64,000 nucleotides of DNA from an uncultured Planctomycetaceae bacterium (GTDB lineage Bacteria > Planctomycetota > Planctomycetia > Planctomycetales > Planctomycetaceae): NCBI GenBank assembly GCA_963976765.1, contig CAXBME010000001.1, forward strand, positions 124,001 through 188,000, written 5' to 3'. The position numbers and the translations under genes were made by a program. The notes beneath the pieces were generated by a model. The model ran no database searches, had not been told where the DNA came from, and saw nothing but the letters and a program-made list of their open reading frames with translations. Below, piece after piece: positions 10,317-19,762 of the stretch. How positions within the stretch are numbered: the stretch's first letter is position 1; each line of letters opens with the position of its first letter.

Positions 10317-11597
10317 GTGACTCGGCCATCCTGCCTGATTCTGACACATCGCGTGCCGATGCCGCCCAACCGTGGCGACCGGATTCGGACATGCAACTTT
10401 CTGCGTCACATTGCGAAGCGTGCTGACGTCTGGCTTGGATGTCTCGCCGACGAACCGGTGTCTGACGAGACTCGCCAGTCTCTGCAGGAGATTTGTCATC
10501 GAGTTGCGGTTGTGCCGGTTGAGCCTCGAATGCGATGGCTCCGTGCCGGGATGTCGTTGCTGACTGGCAGAACGATTTCTGAAGGAGCGTTCGCATCGCC
10601 GCGTCTTAAACAGATCGTTGCCTCCTGGTCGGCTCAGACTTCGTTCGATTCGGCGCTGTGTTCCTCGTCGGCTCTCGCTCCGTATTTGCAGATTCCAAAT
10701 CTCGAACAGACTCCACGACACGTCGACCTGATCGATGTCGACAGCGAAAAATGGCTCGACTACGCGAAAGCGTCCGGGCTGATCAAACGCGGCATCTTCC
10801 ATCTGGAGGGACACCGACTGCGAAAACTGGAAAGCGGCATCGCGGACTGGGCGAGTGGCATCACCGTTGTCAGCGAGCCGGAAGCAGCACTCTATCGTGC
10901 GTTTCGTCCTGACGGTCCGGTCGAGCCGATTCCTAACGGCGTCGACGTAGATTTTTTCACGCCGGAAGCGGGAACACCGAATGCTGTCGTCCCGGCGGCG
11001 TCCTCGCAGAGCGGCTGCGTTTTTGTCGGGGCGCTCGACTACAAGCCGAACATTGATGGCATTATCTGGTTCGCCAGAAATGTCTGGCCGCAGATTCACC
11101 GTCAACATCCGGATCAGACGCTGAGCATCGTCGGCCGTGAGCCTGTTGCTGACGTTCAGAAACTTTCCGAGATTCCTGGCGTCGACGTGGTTGGAACGGT
11201 GCCGGACGTTCGTCCTTATCTTTCGCGGGCGGCTGTCGCAGTCGTGCCACTGCACATCGCGCGCGGCGTACAGAACAAAGTGCTTGAAGCCCTGGCCATG
11301 GCTAAGGCCGTTGTCGCTTCGCCGGATCCACTGGTTGGGTTACGAGTCGAAGACGGTGTGCAGATCTTCAAAGCTGTCGAGGCGGAGCAGTGGGTCGGTT
11401 GCGTTACTCGCTTGCTCGACGATGCACAGCTTCGTCACGACGTTGGTGTTGCCGGGCAGGCCTACGTGACGGCCCATCACCGCTGGGAACAGTGTCTTGA
11501 GCCGCTGATGAGATTTCTCCATCTGGAGAATCGAGAAACGTTGAGTGCGGCGTCTGCCTCTGACAAGCAGATCCTTTCAGGTCGAGAGATCAAATGA
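10317..11597 (+). CDS. GT4 sugar transferase, PEP-CTERM/XrtA-system associated (TIGR03087-like)
   Basis: LTHRVPMPPNRGDRIR, DLIDVDSEKWLDYA, PNGVD, FVGALDYKPNIDG, PLHIARGVQNKVLEALAM. GTG start inferred. Confidence 0.88.
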   Translation: MTRPSCLILTHRVPMPPNRGDRIRTCNFLRHIAKRADVWLGCLADEPVSDETRQSLQEICHRVAVVPVEPRMRWLRAGMSLLTGRTISEGAFASPRLKQIVASWSAQTSFDSALCSSSALAPYLQIPNLEQTPRHVDLIDVDSEKWLDYAKASGLIKRGIFHLEGHRLRKLESGIADWASGITVVSEPEAALYRAFRPDGPVEPIPNGVDVDFFTPEAGTPNAVVPAASSQSGCVFVGALDYKPNIDGIIWFARNVWPQIHRQHPDQTLSIVGREPVADVQKLSEIPGVDVVGTVPDVRPYLSRAAVAVVPLHIARGVQNKVLEALAMAKAVVASPDPLVGLRVEDGVQIFKAVEAEQWVGCVTRLLDDAQLRHDVGVAGQAYVTAHHRWEQCLEPLMRFLHLENRETLSAASASDKQILSGREIK

Positions 11598-13033
11598 AGG
11601 GACTACTTTTCACTTACGGAATGACGGCTGCAGGGGCCTTGCTGGGGCTCTTTTGTCCGTTTTTTGGCTTCCTGGCGTATGTATCGTTCGCGATTCTGAA
11701 ACCAGACGCGATGTGGCCGTGGTCCGTTCCGCCAGCTCGGTACAGTCTGGCCATTGCCGGTTGCATGCTGATCGGTTGGGCGTGCACGAAGCAGGCGACG
11801 TTCAAGCTTGGTCGAGCGATCGTACCGGTGATTCTGATCTCCGTGTTCGTCGGCTGGTCGTTCATTGGAGCGTTCTATCCGTACCATCAGGATCTGGCCT
11901 GGGAGTTCGTCGAGCGGATCGTAAAAATTGTGATCCCCATGATCATCGGGCTTACGCTGATCACGTCGGTGAAAGAGCTGAAGCAGCTCGCGTGGACGAT
12001 TCTGACCGCTCAAGGTTACATGGCGTTTGAAATGAATTCGTACTACTTCAGCGGGTACAACCTGCTGAGGTGGGAAGGGTTCGGCGGCATGGACAACAAC
12101 AGTGCCGCGATTGCTCTGGTGACCGGAATCGGCCTGGCATTCTTTCTTGGTGTCCATTCTGAAAAGTTGTGGCACAAAGGTGTCGCGTTTTTCTTCGCCG
12201 CTCTAATGGCCAATGCGATTCTGTTTTCGTTCAGCCGTGGCGGAATGCTCGGAATGATCGTTGCCGGTATGGGCGCGTTTATCGTGATTCCGAAGAGACC
12301 GCGGACGTACGCAATTCTGGGGATTGCCGTTATCGCTGCGGCAGTCATGGCTGGTCCGGAAGTGCGAGATCGCTTCATGACGACATTCGTCAAGAAGAAG
12401 ACCGGAGAACGTGAAGCGTCGGCGCAAAGCCGCGTTGATCTCTGGAGCGACTGCATCGACGTCATGAAGAAGAATCCGGTGATGGGTTGCGGCCCTAATC
12501 AGTGGCCGATGATTGCGTCGACGTATGGCTGGCCACACGGCAAGGAAGCTCACAGCCTGTGGATGCAGACCGGAGCCGAACTCGGTCTCGTCGGCCTGGG
12601 GTTGTACCTGGGCTTCTATCTGACGGCCATCACGCTGATCTGGCAGCTCACCTGGAAACGCACGCATGTTTCGGACCCCTGGTTCAAGTACATCGCAAGG
12701 ATGTCGTTCACTGGTTTGTGCGGCTTTGTTGTGTCGGCTCAGTTCGTGAGCCTCGAGTCACTCGAAATTCCCTATTACACCGCGCTGCTGGGGCTGGGCG
12801 TCCTCAAACTCAACAGCCGACCACGGTACCTGGCGGACCTCGAAGAGTTTGAAGAACGGCTGCTCGACGACGAACAGGATGACGGCGCCGAGTTCGATGC
12901 TGGCAGCAGCGAGTACGAAGACTTCGATGACGAGTTCTCAGCCTATCCCGAATTCATCCCTGCGAATGAAGACATTTCGAAATTCGAAGTCGTATCCGCA
13001 GCGCATCTCGATACTGATTCTGGCGGCGTCTGA
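11594..13033 (+). CDS. O-antigen ligase-like / putative O-glycosylation ligase (TIGR03097-like) with an acidic C-terminal tail
   Basis: About 10-12 hydrophobic segments; GMDNN, SFSRGG, SAQSRVDLW, NPVMGCG, EAHSLWMQTGAELG. ATGA overlap with the upstream gene. Confidence 0.85.
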   Translation: MKGLLFTYGMTAAGALLGLFCPFFGFLAYVSFAILKPDAMWPWSVPPARYSLAIAGCMLIGWACTKQATFKLGRAIVPVILISVFVGWSFIGAFYPYHQDLAWEFVERIVKIVIPMIIGLTLITSVKELKQLAWTILTAQGYMAFEMNSYYFSGYNLLRWEGFGGMDNNSAAIALVTGIGLAFFLGVHSEKLWHKGVAFFFAALMANAILFSFSRGGMLGMIVAGMGAFIVIPKRPRTYAILGIAVIAAAVMAGPEVRDRFMTTFVKKKTGEREASAQSRVDLWSDCIDVMKKNPVMGCGPNQWPMIASTYGWPHGKEAHSLWMQTGAELGLVGLGLYLGFYLTAITLIWQLTWKRTHVSDPWFKYIARMSFTGLCGFVVSAQFVSLESLEIPYYTALLGLGVLKLNSRPRYLADLEEFEERLLDDEQDDGAEFDAGSSEYEDFDDEFSAYPEFIPANEDISKFEVVSAAHLDTDSGGV

Positions 13034-13097
13034 CGGTTCTTCCCGCAACCCGTCAATCATTGACTCAATTACTGACGACTTTTTCAGGTCAACGAAA

Positions 13098-14219
13098 ATG
13101 CGATCACTCAGAAACTCACTGCGAAACCAGTTCTTCGACGTGTGGAGTAAAGCCTGCGCGACGGATGACAGTAAACGAGCAGTCGCGGGTTCGTTGGGAA
13201 ACCTGCTCGCCTGGCGTCCGACCGATGTTAATGCTGAAGTGCTTGCTGAATCGCCTTACACCGAAATCGGTCGAACGCGGAATGAACGTCCAACCTGCGA
13301 GCGCGACGACATCATCCTGGTGAGTGCGAGGTTTCGCAGTGGTTCTACGCTTCTCTGGAATCTGTTCCGGAACATACCCGGCTTTGTTTCGTACTACGAA
13401 CCGTTCAATGAACGGCGCTGGTTTGACCCGAATGTTCGTGGTGCGCGAGTCGACTCGACGCATCGGAAAGTGGCGGACTACTGGACCGAATACGACGGGA
13501 TGGCTGATCTGGGTGAGGTGTTCGACGAAGCCTGGAACGAGAAAGAACTTTACATGGGCGAGGAAGCCTGGAACCCTCGCATGAAGTCGTACATGGAGCA
13601 GTTGGTAGAACGAGCAGACGGGCGCCCGGTCTTGCAGTTCAACCGGATGGATTTCCGCCTGCCGTGGGCTCGCCGCACGTTTCCGAACGCCAGAATCGTG
13701 CATCTTTACCGACACCCTCGCGATCAATGGGCGTCCAACCTGCAGAACATTGAACGCTTTGCACCCGACGGGAAGATAGCAGATTTTGCAGCGGTCGACG
13801 GCTTCTATCTGCTCAACTGGGCTCGCGACTTGAAGTACCATTTCCCGTTTCTGGATGAGCAATCAATCGAGCACCCTTACCAGTTGCACTATTTCCTGTG
13901 GAAGCTGTCCTACATCTACGGGCGAAGCTGGTCGGACGTGTCGCTGGGTTTCGAAGAGCTGACAACAAACCCAGAGCGTGCGTTATTCCAATTGTTCGAG
14001 GTGTGTGAAATCGACGAGTCGCACATTGAAAGTCTGTTGCCGCTGATTGAGCCGCCGCCGTTTGGCAAATGGAAGAAGTACGCCGCCGACGCCTGGTTCA
14101 AGCGTCACGAAGAGTACTGCGAAGAGGTGCTTGCCGGTTTCTTTGCCATACGGTCGCCGGAAGTTCGCGACACGGCGAAGAATCGTCAGAGTGGCGATCT
14201 CAGCAGTTGTGCTCGGTAG
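13098..14219 (+). CDS. Sulfotransferase family protein (PAPS-dependent)
   Basis: 5'-PSB-like loop SARFRSGSTLLW, YYEPF, and 3'-PB-like motif IVHLYRHPRDQWAS; FEELTTNP. Confidence 0.82.
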   Translation: MRSLRNSLRNQFFDVWSKACATDDSKRAVAGSLGNLLAWRPTDVNAEVLAESPYTEIGRTRNERPTCERDDIILVSARFRSGSTLLWNLFRNIPGFVSYYEPFNERRWFDPNVRGARVDSTHRKVADYWTEYDGMADLGEVFDEAWNEKELYMGEEAWNPRMKSYMEQLVERADGRPVLQFNRMDFRLPWARRTFPNARIVHLYRHPRDQWASNLQNIERFAPDGKIADFAAVDGFYLLNWARDLKYHFPFLDEQSIEHPYQLHYFLWKLSYIYGRSWSDVSLGFEELTTNPERALFQLFEVCEIDESHIESLLPLIEPPPFGKWKKYAADAWFKRHEEYCEEVLAGFFAIRSPEVRDTAKNRQSGDLSSCAR

Positions 14220-14274
14220 ATCGATCGGTCTTCAGTCGAAAGCGGTTCACTGTCCAGGAACTGATCAGAGTCTT

Positions 14275-17200
14275 ATGAGCGTTTCAGAAATGCACGAACA
14301 ACCAGCGGTGGGGAATCGCGAACCCGGTTCAATGATGGGCCGGGCGATTGCCATTGTTATGCGCAGCTGGTTTGCGTCGGCACAAGGTCGCTTCGCGCTG
14401 GCAGCCTGCTGCATGACTTTTCTAACGTACCTGCTGCTCTCTGAAGATCCGTGGTGGTTGTTTCGGTCCTTCCCGAAAGAAACCGTCAGAACGCTGAAAC
14501 ACGGAGTCGTCGACAAGGTCTACCACTTTGTTGCGTACTTTGGCACGACCTGCATTCTGATGTGGTATGCCGTGTCGGGCACTCGACGAACGATGTCTCT
14601 GCTCGCGGCTGCGGTGACCGTTCACGCCGTCGTGACAGAATTTCTTCAGCAGTTCGTGCCTCGGCGAACGACCGACATGGATGATCTCTTCGCAAATCTT
14701 GCCGGGATCGCTGCGGGGGTTTGTGTCGGGATTCAGCTTCGACGAATGCTGACCGGAAGCGGAACAATCGCTGCTGTGGCAGATTTTAAACGCGAAGCCT
14801 GGACAGCTCCCGAGCCGGGTGTGTCCACTCGCCGAGCGGTGAAGCAGGTTGTGTCCAGGGCAGTGCAGGTTGCAAAGCCTCGCCCAACGATGACGAACAC
14901 GCGACCGGAAGTCGTTTCTGCAGATCGAACGAGTTTCGGACGTCTTCAACTTTCTTCCGATCAGATCGCGGAAGTTCAGCCGCGGCAACTGAACTATCGG
15001 TTGCTGGGGATCGTTACCGGCGTCGTTGGGCTGATGCTGGTTTCGACGTACGCCGTTCATGGATGGCAGGTGCGACGTGTCGCCGGCTCGTCGTTGCAGA
15101 ACGCTCGACAGGCAAAGGAAGCTGGCGACGTTGGCGTCGCGTTGAATTTTTTCGAGCAGTACTGCAGCTCATCGCCCAATGACGTTAACGCTTTGGCCGA
15201 GTTTGCGATTCTCAGTGACGACGCACGAACTCGTCCCAATGGTGGGAAGGGAGTCTTCATGCTCTTCGAACGTGTGCTGAGAAAAGATCAGACACGTGAC
15301 GACATTCGGCGTCGGCTGGTTGTGACGGCGATCGAACTGGGCCGTTATTCCGACGCGCTTTCACACGTGAAGGTGTTGCAGCAGACTTATCCTAAAGAGG
15401 GGCTGTTCGATTTTCAGGCGGGCGTGTGTCAGGAAAAACTGGGCAATCACATCGCGGCGGCTGAAGCGTTTCAGGCAGCGATTGACGATTCTCCAGAGAT
15501 GATCGAACCGTGGGAACGTCTGGCCTGGCTGAAGCATTCGAAGTCTGCAAAGACCGAAGAAGCTGAGCAATTGATGCTGCGGCTCGTGCAGGTCAATTCG
15601 CAGGAGCCGGCGGCCTGGATTGCTCGAGCGAAGTTTCGAGTCCGCACAAAGCAGCCGGAAGAGGCCGGGCTGGACATTGACCGCGCTTTGAAAATTGCTC
15701 CCAACGAATTTCAGGTATTGTACGCGGCTGGCGAAGTCGGCATTGCGAGGGCCAGGCAGGCTCGCGCGGATGACAGACTTCCCAAAGCTCGTCGGATTGC
15801 AATTGAAACTGAAACTCTGCTTGCCCGCGAAGACCAATCGAAAGCAGACCAGAGAAGGCTCGATCTTCAGCGGGTCATTCTGGCCGCTGAGTTCGGAGAC
15901 GTAAAAAAAGCGTTTGCGCTGGCGGCAACTTTGCTCGAAGATTCAGCGGCTGAGGACCGGATCGAGATTCATCAGTTGATGGCGGAAATCGCGATCGGTC
16001 ATGAGCATTTTAATCAAGCTCGCGATTCACTCGATCAGTTGCCACGAACTGAAATCACTGACGGGCAACGGCTGCGACTGGAAGCGGGTGTTGCCATGTC
16101 GGATCAACGGTGGCGTGCCGCGGCAGATTCTCTTGAAGAAGCACGCAGAATTCTGGCCGAGTCGCCGGAGCAGTTGCAGAAGGTTGATCTGAAACTGGCC
16201 GAATGCTTTGGCAGGATCGGCCAGGTTGAAGATCGATTGGTTGCGTACCGTCGCGTGCTGAAATATTCGCCGCAGTCGGTCGAGGCCCGTCGAGGTCTGG
16301 CTTCAACGCTGGCGACGGCAAAGCGATATCCCGAAGCTCTGGCCGAGTACCGGCAACTGGTTCACATTCCAGCCGTGCGGCTGGAACTCGTCAGGCACCT
16401 CATTGACTACAACGCGACGGTTCCGGAAGTCGCACGCGACTGGAAGGAAGTGACTGAACTCTTAAGTGCGGCGCGGACGGACGGCGGTTCGTTGCTCGAT
16501 GTAACGATGCTTTCTGCTGAAATGCTGATTCTGAAACGCGAATTCGACGACGCTCGTCGTCTGGTCGCGCAGATTCACGATGATTTCCCAGGCGACAGTG
16601 ACGTACTCGCTTTGCAGATTCAGATCGCGGAGCTGTCCGGAGATCCTCAGGAAGCATCTCGATTGAAGGGTGAGACGCTGGCTTCAAACGGGCAGGTCGA
16701 AGACGCTGAACGTCAACTTCGTAACACGCTGCTTGAATCTGAGGAGAACGGCGAAGCGGCCATTTCACTGATGAAGCTTTATCTTCGAAACGATCGAGCA
16801 GAGCAGGCCGTGGAAGTTTTCCGGCAGCATGCTCCGCGGATGACCACGCTTCAGTTGTCGCGGACGTACGAAGCGTTCGGAGACTTGCAGCGAGCCATCG
16901 GCGTCCTACAGCAGTACGTCGATCAACAGTCGGATGATACGGCAGCCGTACAACAACTTGCCGACCTTTATCTGCGAAACGGACGGCAGGAACTGGCGGA
17001 GCCTCTGTTCGAAAGAATGCTGTCGTTCGAGTCGAACGCGACTGATGAGAGTGTTCGATCTGCGCGGAGAAGTCTCGCGATCATCCTTGCACAGAAGCAG
17101 AACTATCAGGACTTTCAAAGAGCGACGGCACTGATGGATCAGAATGCTGCCGGAAAGCTGACCATTGAAACTCGCGATATAAGAGCGATGGCCACGGTGC

Positions 17201-18432
17201 TGCGGCACTCGCCCAGACCCGCGGACCATCTGATGGCCATCGAGCTGCTGGAGAAAATTGACGACCGGCGGCAGATGAACCACCACGATCACTGGCAACT
17301 CGGAAAGTTGTATCTTCAGGTCGGACTGCCAGAGCAGGCAGGACCGCAGTTTGATCGGGCAGCGCGGGATGGGTTCTCTGATCCGGCATTCCTGGGCGAT
17401 CTGATTCTGCACCAGATTCAAACGGGAGCGCTGCTGGAAGCTCGAGAACAGATCGAGCATCTTCCAACGACGGTGTCGCCTGCAGATGTGGTTCGATGGC
17501 GAAGTCGATACCTGATGGCGATTGGGCAGGCACCGGTCGCTGTTCAGGAACTCGACGCTTTTATTGACTCGTCGACGAATTCAGGGATGAAGACTGACCG
17601 CTTGCTGCTTGGTGCCGCAACCTGTCGCGCGGCGTTGCTTCTCGGCGCGTCTGTGAATGAAGCGGCCCTCAGTCAGGCCGTCGACCGCTACCTGCGAGCA
17701 GCCGTTGAGGAAGACTCAAAGCACGTTGGCGATCTCGTGCAGTGGTTGCTGGAGAGACGCCGTGATGTCGAAGCATTCGAATTGCTGAGCGTCGTCTGGC
17801 AGCAACTGCCGACGGATACGGCAGCCCGTCTTTCACTCGACATGCTTCGGGCCGGTGCCAACCGCAGGCGGCTGGCACTTGTGGAGCAGCACATGGTGGA
17901 GCACATTCACGAACGTCCGGCCTCGCTGGATTCAAAGCGGTGTCTTGCAGATGTCTGGTCACTTGGTGAGAAATATTCGGAAGCAGAAGAGCTGTATCGT
18001 GAGATTCTTCGCGTCGATAGTCGATACGTGCCCGCTTTGAATTCACTCGCCTGGAACCTGGCGATGCGCGGCAGGTTGCTCGATGAAGCCATGACGTTTG
18101 CCGAGCGTGCGATTGCCCAGGCCGGTCCAGTTCCTCAACTTCTTGACACTCGCGGATGTGTAAAGCTGGCTCAGTCTCGTCTGCGAGCGGCAACCGACGA
18201 TCTGACAGCAGCCGCAGAAGGCGAAAATTCACCGACAACATTGCTGCATCTGGCCTTCGTTCAGGGGGAAACCGGCAACCCGGATCAGGCAAGGCAAACG
18301 CTGGCTTACGCGGTTGAAACCGGGCTTCGTCCCGAGCGACTGCACCCGCTGGATCGAGGCATGCTTGAGCGGCTGAACGCTCAGCTTCAGAGCGGGAAAC
18401 TGGTTGCCCGGAAGACGTCTGTCGATCTTTGA
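14275..18432 (+). CDS. VanZ-domain + large TPR-repeat membrane protein (~1385 aa)
   Basis: N-terminal VanZ signature DKVYHFVAY...TEFLQQFVPRRTTDMDDLFANLAG, then a further TM segment and many TPR-like helices. C-terminal ALNSLAWNLA...LLDTRG as in PrsT-type TPR proteins. Confidence 0.8.
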   Translation: MSVSEMHEQPAVGNREPGSMMGRAIAIVMRSWFASAQGRFALAACCMTFLTYLLLSEDPWWLFRSFPKETVRTLKHGVVDKVYHFVAYFGTTCILMWYAVSGTRRTMSLLAAAVTVHAVVTEFLQQFVPRRTTDMDDLFANLAGIAAGVCVGIQLRRMLTGSGTIAAVADFKREAWTAPEPGVSTRRAVKQVVSRAVQVAKPRPTMTNTRPEVVSADRTSFGRLQLSSDQIAEVQPRQLNYRLLGIVTGVVGLMLVSTYAVHGWQVRRVAGSSLQNARQAKEAGDVGVALNFFEQYCSSSPNDVNALAEFAILSDDARTRPNGGKGVFMLFERVLRKDQTRDDIRRRLVVTAIELGRYSDALSHVKVLQQTYPKEGLFDFQAGVCQEKLGNHIAAAEAFQAAIDDSPEMIEPWERLAWLKHSKSAKTEEAEQLMLRLVQVNSQEPAAWIARAKFRVRTKQPEEAGLDIDRALKIAPNEFQVLYAAGEVGIARARQARADDRLPKARRIAIETETLLAREDQSKADQRRLDLQRVILAAEFGDVKKAFALAATLLEDSAAEDRIEIHQLMAEIAIGHEHFNQARDSLDQLPRTEITDGQRLRLEAGVAMSDQRWRAAADSLEEARRILAESPEQLQKVDLKLAECFGRIGQVEDRLVAYRRVLKYSPQSVEARRGLASTLATAKRYPEALAEYRQLVHIPAVRLELVRHLIDYNATVPEVARDWKEVTELLSAARTDGGSLLDVTMLSAEMLILKREFDDARRLVAQIHDDFPGDSDVLALQIQIAELSGDPQEASRLKGETLASNGQVEDAERQLRNTLLESEENGEAAISLMKLYLRNDRAEQAVEVFRQHAPRMTTLQLSRTYEAFGDLQRAIGVLQQYVDQQSDDTAAVQQLADLYLRNGRQELAEPLFERMLSFESNATDESVRSARRSLAIILAQKQNYQDFQRATALMDQNAAGKLTIETRDIRAMATVLRHSPRPADHLMAIELLEKIDDRRQMNHHDHWQLGKLYLQVGLPEQAGPQFDRAARDGFSDPAFLGDLILHQIQTGALLEAREQIEHLPTTVSPADVVRWRSRYLMAIGQAPVAVQELDAFIDSSTNSGMKTDRLLLGAATCRAALLLGASVNEAALSQAVDRYLRAAVEEDSKHVGDLVQWLLERRRDVEAFELLSVVWQQLPTDTAARLSLDMLRAGANRRRLALVEQHMVEHIHERPASLDSKRCLADVWSLGEKYSEAEELYREILRVDSRYVPALNSLAWNLAMRGRLLDEAMTFAERAIAQAGPVPQLLDTRGCVKLAQSRLRAATDDLTAAAEGENSPTTLLHLAFVQGETGNPDQARQTLAYAVETGLRPERLHPLDRGMLERLNAQLQSGKLVARKTSVDL

Positions 18433-18545
18433 GTCGCGTCGCCGCGAAATTTCGCCAGGGCCGTACGCATGACTCCGGTTGTCGGGCGGGTTAAAGTCGA
18501 CGCTTGATTTGAGCGTTACCTGATCCGCCTCGATGGAGTATTGCC

Positions 18546-19595
18546 ATGCGATTGATGTTGTGCCTTGTTGCTGGTCTGGCTGTGGTTGTTGCGGCTTCGT
18601 CGTTGGCGAATGCGGGAGCCGCAGACGGTCGACTGGACGTTTACTTTATTGATGTCGAAGGCGGAGCGGCGACGCTTTTTGTGACTCCTGAAGGCGAGTC
18701 GCTGCTGATTGATTCCGGGTATCCCGGCTACGACTTTCGGGATCGCGACCGCATCGTCGACGTCGCAATGAATCATGCGAAGATCAAGCAGATCGACCAT
18801 GCTCTCGTTTCACACTGGCACCTCGATCATTACGGAAACCACGCGGCGCTGACCGAGAAGATCAAAATCGGCACGTTCTGGGATCGAGGAATTCCTGACT
18901 CGCTTCAGGAAGACGCGAAGTTTGAAGAACGGATCGTGGCGTACCGTGCCGCGTCTCAAAACCAGTCAAAGGCGATTCAGGCCGGCGACAGCCTTCCGAT
19001 CAAGGCGGGCAGCACTCCGCTGTCGATGAAAGTCGTGACGGCCAGCCGGGACGTGATTGAGAACACTGGCGATGCAAATCCATTTGCAAAGCTTCATGAG
19101 CCAATGCCTGAAGACAAGTCGGACAACGCGGCCAGTGTCAGTCTGTTGACAACCTTTGGCAACTTCAAGTTCCTCTGCTGCGGAGACCTGACCTGGAATA
19201 TCGAGGCCAAACTTGTCACACCAAACAATCCGCTCGGTCATGTTGATGTTTTCATGGTGACACATCACGGCCTGCCAACGAGTAACAATCCGGCGCTGGT
19301 CATGGCGATCGATCCCGTCGTGGCGATCATGTGCAACGGTCCGACGAAGGGGGGGCACGAACAGACTCAGCAGACACTTTGCAAAGTGAAATCTCTGAAG
19401 CATCTCTATCAGCTTCATCAGAACGTCAACCTGGCTGCTGACCAGCAGGCTCCGGGCGAGTTTATCGCCAACGTCGGAAAACTTGGCGAGTGCGACGGTG
19501 TCTTCGTGAAAATGTCGGTCGCGCCCAACGGTTCAAGTTACACGGTTCAGATCGGGGCAGACGGCAAAGCTCGCGAGTACATGACTCGAAACTGA
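18546..19595 (+). CDS. Secreted metallo-beta-lactamase-fold hydrolase (ComEC/Rec2-like MBL domain)
   Basis: Signal peptide; YFIDVEGGAATL, LIDSG, SHWHLDHYG, CGDL, VTHHG. Confidence 0.85.
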   Translation: MRLMLCLVAGLAVVVAASSLANAGAADGRLDVYFIDVEGGAATLFVTPEGESLLIDSGYPGYDFRDRDRIVDVAMNHAKIKQIDHALVSHWHLDHYGNHAALTEKIKIGTFWDRGIPDSLQEDAKFEERIVAYRAASQNQSKAIQAGDSLPIKAGSTPLSMKVVTASRDVIENTGDANPFAKLHEPMPEDKSDNAASVSLLTTFGNFKFLCCGDLTWNIEAKLVTPNNPLGHVDVFMVTHHGLPTSNNPALVMAIDPVVAIMCNGPTKGGHEQTQQTLCKVKSLKHLYQLHQNVNLAADQQAPGEFIANVGKLGECDGVFVKMSVAPNGSSYTVQIGADGKAREYMTRN

Positions 19596-19683
19596 CCGCC
19601 TGTTGGAATTGACAGGCTAGAGCTGCCCGACTTCCTGCCAGCGCCAAGGGGCTGTGATTTTTCTGCATGCTGGAGCAACCTCG

Positions 19684-19726
19684 AAGCGTCAGCGAGTGGG
19701 TTATCGGCAATCACTCGCTGGCGCTT
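19684..19726. repeat. REP-like inverted repeat / bidirectional terminator-like hairpin between convergent genes
   Basis: AAGCGTCAGCGAGTG (19684-19698) ... CACTCGCTGGCGCTT (19712-19726): 15-bp stem with one G-U pair and a 13-nt loop. Confidence 0.75.
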
Positions 19727-19762
19727 TGTGCCGGTAACGGGGACTCATGTCGAATACCGAGC

